This document shows positions 18,992 through 27,500 of a stretch of 64,000 nt of DNA, in pieces. Both the position numbers and the translations under genes were made by a program. How positions within the stretch are numbered: the first letter of the stretch is position 1; each line of letters begins with the position of its first letter. Origin of the DNA: an uncultured delta proteobacterium (GTDB lineage Bacteria > Desulfobacterota > Binatia > UBA9968); assembly GCA_963737905.1 (NCBI GenBank), contig CAVTUQ010000002.1:32001-96000 (forward strand), given 5' to 3'. A model generated the notes under the pieces. The model did not search any database, had not been told where the DNA came from, and was given only the letters and a program-made list of their open reading frames with translations.

Positions 18992-20773
18992 TCAATGTTG
19001 TTGTATGCCGTAGCGGCGGGCGAAAAGGTAGTAGGCGACGGCGATAGAAACCAGAATTATCGTCCAGATCACGCCAAAGGCGGCTAACTCGCCCACCTGA
19101 CCGTTCTCCCACAGCTCATAGATAGCGACGGAAACCACCGGCGTTTGCGGACTTACGAGCAGGATCGACATGGACAGTTCCTTGGCAGAAAGCAGGAAGA
19201 TAAACACCCACCCGCCCAAAAAAGACGGGGTCAGCAAAGGCATCGTGATACGGCGCATCGTATTCAACCATGACCCCCCGGAAGCATAAGCCGCTTCTTC
19301 CAATTCGCGATGGAGTTGCAACAGGCCGGAATGAGTGTAGCGAATGCCGTAGGGAATATAGCGCGTGACGAAGGCCACGAGGAGAATCCATAGCGTGCCA
19401 TAGATGGGGATCGGGACGATCAGATAAAACCGCATAATCGCCAAGCCCATCACGATGCCGGGAAACAGGAGCGGCAGGGTTGTCAGCAGATCGAGCAGCC
19501 AGCGGCCGCGCAATTTGGTGCGTACCAGGATCCACGAAGCCAACGTCGTCAGCACCATCACCGCGCTGGCGCTGCCGAGACCGAGCAAGACGCTGTTCTT
19601 GATGGAGTCGGTAATTTTCGGGAAATGGATCGCCGTCACGTAATTCTTCAAAGTGAACTTGGATATCGCTTCCAAAGAGGGCTGAATGTAGAACGGGAGG
19701 AGCGAGGCCCACAGCACGATGAGAAACGGCAGTACCAAAAGAACGAAGGAATAGAGCAACAAGCCCGTAGCCGTCACATAGCGCCAACCACCGAGTTGGA
19801 TCAAGGCGGGCCGATAACCCTTGCCGGTGATGGTATGGAATCGTGTGGCTTCCCGCGTCATTCGGAAATAGAAATAAAGCGTGCACGCCACGACCAACAT
19901 CAAAAGCACGGAAAAGGCCCCGGCCCTGCCGTAGGTGGGGGGCATCCGTTGCGCGTCGAGGAGAATCGAAGTCGTCAGAACGCGAATATCCCCCGGCAGT
20001 CCGACCAGAGCCGGAATTTCAAACGACTCGAAGGCACGAATGAAGATCAGCAGCAAGACGGAGAAAAATGCCGGCAACATGAGTTGCAACGAAACGCGCC
20101 TGAGCGTCTGCCAGGCGCGCGCGCCGCAGACGGCGGAGGCTTCTTCCAGAGACGGGTCCATGGAACGAAACGAAGCCGCCAGCAACAGGAAAACAAAGGG
20201 CGACCACAGCAGCGCTTCAACGAACACCATTCCCCACATCGAATAGACATTCACCACCGGCCCGCTTTGATCGAGAAATCCGCGCAGCCAGCTGTTGACC
20301 GGCCCGGCTTTGCCGAGAATAAGAAGCCAGCCGATGGTGTACAGAATAAACGGCGTGCCGAAGGAGGCAAAAGCGGTGAAATATCCCCAACCGCGCAGCG
20401 GCGAGTCCGTGCGCGTAACGATCCAGGCAACCAGGCCGCCCAAAAGCGTGGCGAGCAATGCACTACCGACGGAAAAATAGACGGTGTTCAAAAACGGCCC
20501 CAGTACCTGGAGTTCACGAAACATGTCCCGATAGTAACTCAGGGTGAATTCATCCAGTTCCCCGGTGAGCTTGGTGGTAAAAAGACTGGTCTGGATCACT
20601 GAATAGAGGGGCGGCAGGACGAGATACGCCGTCACGACGGAGACCGCAATCAGCACCCAGGTCTGCGCCTCGAGACGGGAGAAGAGGTCAAGTCCCAATA
20701 TGCCGCGGGCGTGCCGCGCCTTGCCAGATCCGAGAGGCAGCTTAAAAGTTTCCGATGACTGCTGTTTGGCCAC
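18992..20773 (-). CDS. Fe3+/FbpB-type ABC transporter permease (two fused TM domains)
   Basis: Two EAA loops (SLEEASAVCGA; ELEEAAYASGG). Confidence 0.9.
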   Translation of the reverse strand: MAKQQSSETFKLPLGSGKARHARGILGLDLFSRLEAQTWVLIAVSVVTAYLVLPPLYSVIQTSLFTTKLTGELDEFTLSYYRDMFRELQVLGPFLNTVYFSVGSALLATLLGGLVAWIVTRTDSPLRGWGYFTAFASFGTPFILYTIGWLLILGKAGPVNSWLRGFLDQSGPVVNVYSMWGMVFVEALLWSPFVFLLLAASFRSMDPSLEEASAVCGARAWQTLRRVSLQLMLPAFFSVLLLIFIRAFESFEIPALVGLPGDIRVLTTSILLDAQRMPPTYGRAGAFSVLLMLVVACTLYFYFRMTREATRFHTITGKGYRPALIQLGGWRYVTATGLLLYSFVLLVLPFLIVLWASLLPFYIQPSLEAISKFTLKNYVTAIHFPKITDSIKNSVLLGLGSASAVMVLTTLASWILVRTKLRGRWLLDLLTTLPLLFPGIVMGLAIMRFYLIVPIPIYGTLWILLVAFVTRYIPYGIRYTHSGLLQLHRELEEAAYASGGSWLNTMRRITMPLLTPSFLGGWVFIFLLSAKELSMSILLVSPQTPVVSVAIYELWENGQVGELAAFGVIWTIILVSIAVAYYLFARRYGIQQH

Positions 20774-20787
20774 GGCGTCGCAATTCT

Positions 20788-21892
20788 TTATTTCAGGAAT
20801 TGGTTTTGAAAATAATCGACCCAGTCATTGCCCTGGTCGTAGAGAACATCCGGGCTGATGTAATTGGCTTTTTTGAATCTGCCTCCGCCGGGTTTGAGAT
20901 CTGCCTGTAGAGCGGGGATTTCGGGATGCGCAGGCAGATAGTTCGATACCTGAACGATCTTTTGTCCTTTTTTCGATAACAGAAAGTCGAGAAACAACAT
21001 AGCCGCGTGTGGCCGAGGCGAATTCTTCGCCAAGCCGATCGTGTTTATGGTCGCCGTCACCGGTTCCAGCGGCTGCCAATCCACCGGCGCTCCGGCTGTT
21101 TTGCTGATATAGGCGTGATGATTAAAGATCTGTATCGCTAACGGATATTCGCCGGCGATCACCAGGTCGAGAATCTGTCGGGCACTGGCGGTGCTTTTAG
21201 CGATATTTTGACCCTTGAGCTTTTGCAAGTAGGCCTTACCCGCCTCCTGTCCCATCGTGAGGAGAATGTTGCCGATGAACTGGGGGGCGCCGGAGCCGCG
21301 GCTGGTGGACCACATCATCTGTCCCTTCCAGCGCGGATTCAGCAGATCCTCATAGGTTTTGGGCAGCTCGCTCGTCTTGACGCTACGGGTGTTGTAACCC
21401 AGGGTCATGAAATAAACGTTGGTGCTACCCCAGAAACCTTTTGAATCTTTCAGCTCGGCCGGATACTCGGCGAGATGGGGTGAATAAAATCGCTGCATGA
21501 ATCCGGCCCGCTGCACCATGCTGGTAGCAGCGCTGCCGCTGACGACATCGACGTCGTATCTCTTAGCCTGATACTCGGTAAGAACCCGACGTGCGATGTT
21601 CTCCGAATTACCGCGGAAGAAATCAACCTGGATGAAGGGATACTCTTTCTCGAAAGCCTTCTTTGAGCGGGCGCACGACCTGATCGACAATCAGGCCGGT
21701 GTAGAACATGACCTTGCCTTCTTTTTTGGCGCCTTCGATCAGAACCTTCTGTCGATCCGGTGATTTCATCATGGCGACGTCTTCGACCGTCGCACTCCAG
21801 GATAGGTGCATGGAAGAAGCAACGGCTAGGGTCGCCGCAACCAGCAAACCCGCGCACCTGACCGACAATCGGCTTTTACAAATCACCATCAT
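20788..21892 (-). CDS. ABC substrate-binding protein, Fe3+/AfuA-like family (single frameshift near 21657)
   Basis: Signal peptide and EGAKKEGKV in one frame, AFEKEYPFIQ onward in another; the upstream paralog has the intact VKEAFEKEY; ATGA overlap with the upstream stop. Confidence 0.85.
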
Positions 21893-23007
21893 TTGAGGAA
21901 TTGATTCTGAAAATAATCCACCCATTCATTGCCTTTGTCGAATTGAACATCCGGGGTGATATACAGTGCCTTGTTGAAGCGTCCCCCGCCTGGCTTTAGG
22001 TCCGCCTGTTTCGCGGGAACCTTTGGATGCGCCGGCAAATAGTTGGATTGTTGAAAAACCTTTTGGCCCTTTTCTGACAAGACAAAGTCCAGTAACAGCA
22101 TAGCGGCATGGGGGTGGGGCGTATTTTTTGCCAGCGCAATCGTTTGGATCGTGGCGGTCACCGGCTCTATGGGATACCAATCCACCGGCGCTCCCGCGGT
22201 TTTGCTGATATACGCATGATGGTTGAAGATATGGAGCGCGATGGGAAATTCTCCGGCAATCACCAGGTCGAGAATTTGCCGGTTGCTGGCGGTGCTCTTG
22301 GCGATATTCTGAGCCTTTAATTTCTGCAGATAGGCCTTGCCGGCTTCTGGTCCCATCGACATGAGCACGTTGCCGATGAATATCGGCGCTCCGGAGCCGC
22401 GGCTGGTCGACCACATCATCTGCCCTTTCCAGCGCGGATTCAGGAGATCCTCGTAGGTCTTCGGCAGCTCATTGACCTTGACCATCTTCGTATTATAACC
22501 GAGGGTCAAGAAATAAAGGTTCGTCGATCCCCAGAAGCCCTGCGCATCCTTGAGCTCAGCCGGATACTCGGCCAAATACGGGGAATAAAAGCGCTGCAGG
22601 AAGCCAGTGGGATATTGCTTGTTGATCGCCCGCTTGACCATGACGGGCGAAACCGTACCGTCGATGAGATCGACATCGTATCGTTTGGCCTGGTACTCGG
22701 CGAGCATTCTGCGCACCAAGTTCTCGGCGTTGCCACGATAGAAATCAATTTGGATGAAGGGATACTCCTTCTCGAAAGCTTCTTTCACCGGCCGCACCAC
22801 CTGATCGACGATCAAGGTGGTATACCACATCAGCTTCCCTTCCTTCTTCGCGCCCTCGATAAGGATTTTTTGCCGGTCCGCCGATTTCATCATGGCGACA
22901 TCTTCCACCGCCGCGGCCACTGATGGCCGTAGCCCGGTAATGACCGCCGCCCCAATTGTGAAAACGACGGCAGCCCAAATTGATAAACGTTTACTCTTGG
23001 TCGTCAT
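21889..23007 (-). CDS. ABC substrate-binding protein, Fe3+/AfuA-like family
   Basis: Signal peptide, GAKKEGKLMWY, PKTYEDLLNPRWKG, PHPHAAMLLLDF. Confidence 0.9.
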   Translation of the reverse strand: MTTKSKRLSIWAAVVFTIGAAVITGLRPSVAAAVEDVAMMKSADRQKILIEGAKKEGKLMWYTTLIVDQVVRPVKEAFEKEYPFIQIDFYRGNAENLVRRMLAEYQAKRYDVDLIDGTVSPVMVKRAINKQYPTGFLQRFYSPYLAEYPAELKDAQGFWGSTNLYFLTLGYNTKMVKVNELPKTYEDLLNPRWKGQMMWSTSRGSGAPIFIGNVLMSMGPEAGKAYLQKLKAQNIAKSTASNRQILDLVIAGEFPIALHIFNHHAYISKTAGAPVDWYPIEPVTATIQTIALAKNTPHPHAAMLLLDFVLSEKGQKVFQQSNYLPAHPKVPAKQADLKPGGGRFNKALYITPDVQFDKGNEWVDYFQNQFLK

Positions 23008-23116
23008 TCTCCATCTCTCCTTCAGAGGCAAAGGGCTCAAGCAAAGCTATTCCTCCAGCCTGCGCCTTGTCAAGGTTAATTGTCCTAGTCGCCAACGGCT
23101 GCCGCTCACAACATCC

Positions 23117-24241
23117 TCACTTGAGGATCGTTTCAGCAAACTTACCTGACGGCACTCTGACTTTGGTGTACTTGTCTTCGAGGTGGTTACGCACACGGTG
23201 GTATTCCTCAACCGTGATAGAATCTTTGGCCGCGTCCACACCGAGAGCTTTTAACCACTTCGTGTCGACGTCGAGGCGCCGCGAGCCGTTTTGCATCACT
23301 TTACCGTACCAATCTTGGCCTTCTCTGCTCAGGAACCAGTTGATGAAAATTTTCGTGGCATTCGGATGCGGCGGATCCTTCACGATACCCAAAACACCGA
23401 AGCTGTTGCTCGCCGGCAAGCCTTCTCTGGGCGCCGGCGCCGGCTTGATCGGCAGGCCCGCTTTCACGAACGGCTCCGCTTGGCTCCTGCCGATACCGAA
23501 CGCTATAGCCACCTTGCCCTTCGCCAGAGCGTCGGCGAGTTGCCGCAAATCCCGGGTCAAGAAGAGATCCTGCTGGACCAATTTTTTGAGAAACTCCTCG
23601 CCTTTGATCTCCCACATAAAGGACCAGACCGATTGCCCGGAGCTCGGCACACGCGGGTCGCTGAATCCAATCTTGCCTTTCCATTTGAGCGACAGGTAGT
23701 CGTCGAAAGAACGGAGTTCTTCCGGCTTCGCCAAACTCGTGTTGTACCAAATACTGTGGGTGCTCACATCCGCCAAAAAAGAATAGAGATAGCGATGGGT
23801 GCTCAAGTTATCCTCCCATATATGGCCGCCCCACCACTCTTTCGGATCCTTGACCTCGGGAAGAATCAGAAAGGACTCGATGGGCTCCAGCATGCCATCA
23901 TGGGCAAGACCCACCGCCGTCCCGGTGCCGACGATCAGGGCATCGAAGTAACTGACTCCCGCGTTGCGCTCCGCAGCGATCCGGCTCGCGTTGCGCGGAC
24001 CCGGTGCGGACACCAGTTCGGCCTCCAGGCCAAACTTCTGCTTCAAGACCGTCTCCATCTCTTTTCTGAGCTCGTTGGCGGGTGGAATGGCGACGGCGAT
24101 CTTGCCTTCTTTCTTCGCCGCTTCCAAAGTCTTATCCCACTCTGCAGGCCGCCGCGACTCGGCCGCCGAGGCCACCTGAACACTGAGCGGCACCATAGCA
24201 AAGACAAGAAGGACAACCAGAGCACGGAAACTATTTCTCAT
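23117..24241 (-). CDS. ABC substrate-binding protein, Fe3+/AfuA-like family
   Basis: Signal peptide, WDKTLEAAKKEG, KWKGKI, PHPNATKIFINWFLSREGQ. Confidence 0.9.
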   Translation of the reverse strand: MRNSFRALVVLLVFAMVPLSVQVASAAESRRPAEWDKTLEAAKKEGKIAVAIPPANELRKEMETVLKQKFGLEAELVSAPGPRNASRIAAERNAGVSYFDALIVGTGTAVGLAHDGMLEPIESFLILPEVKDPKEWWGGHIWEDNLSTHRYLYSFLADVSTHSIWYNTSLAKPEELRSFDDYLSLKWKGKIGFSDPRVPSSGQSVWSFMWEIKGEEFLKKLVQQDLFLTRDLRQLADALAKGKVAIAFGIGRSQAEPFVKAGLPIKPAPAPREGLPASNSFGVLGIVKDPPHPNATKIFINWFLSREGQDWYGKVMQNGSRRLDVDTKWLKALGVDAAKDSITVEEYHRVRNHLEDKYTKVRVPSGKFAETILK

Positions 24242-24364
24242 AGAGTCCTCTGATAACGCATTCTCTTGCAGAGCTGTAGTTGAAAACCCCGTAGAGTGTC
24301 AAGGCGGCTTCTAGCAAGGCCCAGAAAAAGAAAAGATCTCGGAGACGAGGCGGCATACTTCGCG

Positions 24365-24438
24365 TATGGCTGATAGCCTATGGCATATAGTTGGAACATA
24401 CGGACCATACGCTATAAACCATAGGCCATAGGCCAGCC
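24365..24438. repeat. Inverted heptamer tandem repeat (TATGGC-type / CCATAGG-type)
   Basis: tatggct-gatagcc-tatggca-tatag ... ccatacg-ctataaa-ccatagg-ccatagg. Confidence 0.7.
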
Positions 24439-24520
24439 CCGCGGTTGACTCGCTAAATCTTCAGGTGGTAAACGGCATTGACGCAGTACACGTGTTTAAG
24501 AACATTTGTCGGGAGGAACT

Positions 24521-24931
24521 ATGATTACCACCACAGGAATTTATCATATCGGCATCCCCGTCAACGACGTGGAGCGCTCCGTAAAATTCTACACCGAGGT
24601 TTTGGGAATGAAGATCGCGAAGCTCAACCGGGACGACATGGGAGATCATCTAAACCGGGCCGACCTGCGATCGGGAGACGGAATGGTCGTGCTATTCCAG
24701 CGGCCGGAGCCGATCGAGAAAGATGCTCTCAAAGAGGACGGCGCCACCCACCACGCTTTCACTGTGTCCCCTGAAGAGTTCGAGTTGGCGGCACAAAAGA
24801 TGAAAGATTGGGGCGTTAAGACCCATCGCATCCCCACCGTCGATCGTCCCACCGGGAGAGGATTTTATTTTTTCGATCCCGACGGTAATCTCTTGCAGCT
24901 TTACGCGCCGCCGAAAAAACCATCATCGTGA
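24521..24931 (+). CDS. VOC / glyoxalase family protein
   Basis: GGAGG RBS; HIGIPVNDVERSVKFYTEVLG, HHAF, YFFDPDGNLLQL. Confidence 0.9.
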   Translation: MITTTGIYHIGIPVNDVERSVKFYTEVLGMKIAKLNRDDMGDHLNRADLRSGDGMVVLFQRPEPIEKDALKEDGATHHAFTVSPEEFELAAQKMKDWGVKTHRIPTVDRPTGRGFYFFDPDGNLLQLYAPPKKPSS

Positions 24932-27213
24932 GACGCTTCAAAGTCATAGGAAAGCCGCATCCGCGATTGGACGGCCCCGACACCGTAACGGGACGCGCGG
25001 CCTACACGGTGGACGTCGTCTTGCCATCGATGCTCCACGCCAAGCTCTTTCGCAGTTCCGTGCCCCACGCGAAGATCACGCGCCTCGATACCGGCCGTGC
25101 GCGCGCGCTGGCGGGAGTCACGGCAGTCCTGACGGCTGAGAATGTGCCGCCCAAACGATTCGGTTTCACGGTTCAGGACGAGGAGATTTTCGCCGGCGAA
25201 AAGGTGCGTTATGTCGGCGATGTCATCGCCGCGGTGGCGGCCGTCGACGAAGAAACCGCGGAGGAAGCCATCGGCCTTGTCGACTGCGAGTACGAGGATC
25301 TGCCCGGCACCTTCGACATCGATAACGCGCTCCAGAAAAACGCACCTTTGGTTCATGAGGATCTAGCTTCCTACGGGCTGAATACCGCTCTCGCCCGCGA
25401 TTGGTACCCGGTCACCGGAACCAACATCGCGCACCAAACCGTTTATTCCAAGGGTGACATTGATCTCGGCTTTGCTGAAGCCGACGAAATCTTCGACGAC
25501 ACCTTTCGCTCCCAACAGGTGCAGCATTGTTCTCTAGAGCCGCATGCGGTCGTCGCTCATTGGGACGGGAACCGGCTCACAGTCTGGACCAGCACACAAA
25601 AAGTATTTCTCGTCCGCTCTGGCTTGGCTCATTTGTTTGACTTGGCGGAAAGCCAGATACGAGTGATCGGCACCAAAGTCGGGGCCGGCTTCGGCGGCAA
25701 GAATTCGATGCGCCTTGAACCTTGTGCCGTTGCGCTGGCACTCAAAACCAAGAGACCGGTTCGGCTCGTTAATAGTCGCGCTGAAGAATTTGCGGCCGCC
25801 GCCGGTTCAGTAGCAGCAACGGTCCGGGTTAAAACCGGAATCAAGCGGGACGGCACTATTACCGCGCGCGCAATGGACTTTTTCTGGGACACCGGCGCCT
25901 ACGCCGAGGGGCTGCCCGGCAGCAACCGAGCGTTGAAAGATGGCGTTGGGCCTTACAGGGTTCCCCATATCCGGGTCACATCGACACTGGTCTACACCAA
26001 CACGCTGCGAGGCTGTCCGTTTCGAGGCCTCGGAATACCCGAAGCGGTATGGGCCGTGGAATCGCAGATGGATATCATCTCCGAGAAGCTGGGCATCGAT
26101 CCCGTCGATCTACGTCTGAAAAACTGCCTGGATCAGGGGGACGAAACTCCTGCCGGCGATCGCGCCAAGCACATCGCGCTGCGGGACTGCCTGCTCAAGG
26201 TCTCCACTGAGCTCAAGCGCTGGAAGAAGCGAGCCCCATCGAACCATGGCTTCGGTGTCGCCCTCCTGCACAAGTCACCGACGACCTCGGCGGCATCTTC
26301 CAGTGCGCGCATTTGCATCGCCGCCGACGACAAAGTGTACCTATTTATCGGCGCGACCGACGTCGGCGGTGGAACCGGAACGAGCCTAGGCCAGATCGCC
26401 GCAGAAGAACTGGGTGTTCCTCTGAACGAAATCAACGTCGTCATCGCGGATACCGAGATGACTCCTTTTGACCACGGCACCTATTCGAGCCGGGTGACGC
26501 CCTATGTCGGTGCTGCCGTAAAGCTGGCTGCGACTGATGCCCGGCGGCAGCTGTTGAAAGCAGCGGCCGCGCTCTGGAACCGATCGCCCAAGATCCTACG
26601 TCTTGCCGGCAAGAGGGTGATTTCGAGAAACCGCAAGTCGATGACCTTTGCCGAAGTGATTGAGAAATCGCAACTCACTGAAATCGTCGGCTTGGGATCA
26701 ATAGAAAGCAAAGGACTTTGGGCGGGCGACCACGCAGGGGACGGCAAAGGTTTCAGCGCGCCGGGGTGGCCCTTTGGTGCCCAGGCGGTCGAAGTCGAAG
26801 TCGATGACGAGACGGGCGTGGTCAAACTCATAAGAGTCGCCTCGGCCCACGACGTCGGTCGGGCGATTAATCCCATGATGCTTACGAGCCAGATTCAAGG
26901 TGGAATTATGATGGGCTTGGGCTACGCTCTATGGGAAGGATTGCTTTTTCAAGACGGAAGAATCATTAACGGCAACTTCGCCGATTACAAGATTGCCACC
27001 GTTCGTGATATTCCAAACGCCGTACCTATCGTCGTTGAAAGAAACTATGCTGCTGAACCTTACGGCGCCAAAGGGGTAGGCGAGATGGCGGTATTCGGCA
27101 TTGCTCCGGCCTTGGCCAATGCGGTCGCCCGCGTAGCCGGCGTGCGCATCAAAGAGTTGCCTATGTCGGCTGAGAAGGTGCTCCAGCAAATCAAGAGATC
27201 AAAGGAGAGGTGA
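24928..27213 (+). CDS. Xanthine dehydrogenase family molybdopterin-binding large subunit
   Basis: VTGRAAY, EPH, GAGFGGK, FRGLG, DVGRAINP, QIQGG, GAKGVGE. Confidence 0.92.
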   Translation: MRRFKVIGKPHPRLDGPDTVTGRAAYTVDVVLPSMLHAKLFRSSVPHAKITRLDTGRARALAGVTAVLTAENVPPKRFGFTVQDEEIFAGEKVRYVGDVIAAVAAVDEETAEEAIGLVDCEYEDLPGTFDIDNALQKNAPLVHEDLASYGLNTALARDWYPVTGTNIAHQTVYSKGDIDLGFAEADEIFDDTFRSQQVQHCSLEPHAVVAHWDGNRLTVWTSTQKVFLVRSGLAHLFDLAESQIRVIGTKVGAGFGGKNSMRLEPCAVALALKTKRPVRLVNSRAEEFAAAAGSVAATVRVKTGIKRDGTITARAMDFFWDTGAYAEGLPGSNRALKDGVGPYRVPHIRVTSTLVYTNTLRGCPFRGLGIPEAVWAVESQMDIISEKLGIDPVDLRLKNCLDQGDETPAGDRAKHIALRDCLLKVSTELKRWKKRAPSNHGFGVALLHKSPTTSAASSSARICIAADDKVYLFIGATDVGGGTGTSLGQIAAEELGVPLNEINVVIADTEMTPFDHGTYSSRVTPYVGAAVKLAATDARRQLLKAAAALWNRSPKILRLAGKRVISRNRKSMTFAEVIEKSQLTEIVGLGSIESKGLWAGDHAGDGKGFSAPGWPFGAQAVEVEVDDETGVVKLIRVASAHDVGRAINPMMLTSQIQGGIMMGLGYALWEGLLFQDGRIINGNFADYKIATVRDIPNAVPIVVERNYAAEPYGAKGVGEMAVFGIAPALANAVARVAGVRIKELPMSAEKVLQQIKRSKER

Positions 27214-27330
27214 GATGGAGGCTATCCGGAAGGATTTCGGATCCGTTTTGGCCAGCAGATACGTGCAAAATGGCGAGAGACAATTTATGAATAAGATTCT
27301 TTTCCGCCGACGTATTCAAAGTTCGATAAG

Positions 27331-27413
27331 ATGGCACTGAAACTGACCATGACCTGTGGCCCCTATGATCGCGTCCCGAGGAGGCGTTTCATCCGAGCAC
27401 GCTGGCCACTTAG
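27331..27413 (+). pseudogene. Collapsed remnant of a 4,5-dihydroxyphthalate-decarboxylase-like / PBP-fold gene
   Basis: ATG..MALKLTMTCGPYDR (family N-terminus) joined out of frame to PEEAFHPSTLAT-stop (family-like C-terminus); family assignment from recalled motifs. Confidence 0.6.
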
Positions 27414-27415
27414 TT

Positions 27416-27490
27416 AGGCTTTTAGCATATGGCTTATAGTATATAGTTCCTTGGTTCCACCTATATGCCCTGAGCTATCAGCTATATGCC
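27416..27490. repeat. Second inverted TATGGC/TATAGC-type heptamer array
   Basis: tttagca-tatggct-tatagta-tatag ... ctatatg-ccctgag-ctatcag-ctatatgcc. Confidence 0.6.
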
Positions 27491-27500
27491 AGTTGTCGTT

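Noticed and set aside
19625-20602. 325-aa plus-strand ORF (likewise 23291-24253, 34866-35879, 49027-49998, 50362-51255)
   Set aside because: Long antisense ORFs are expected opposite GC-rich genes, and none has recognisable motifs.
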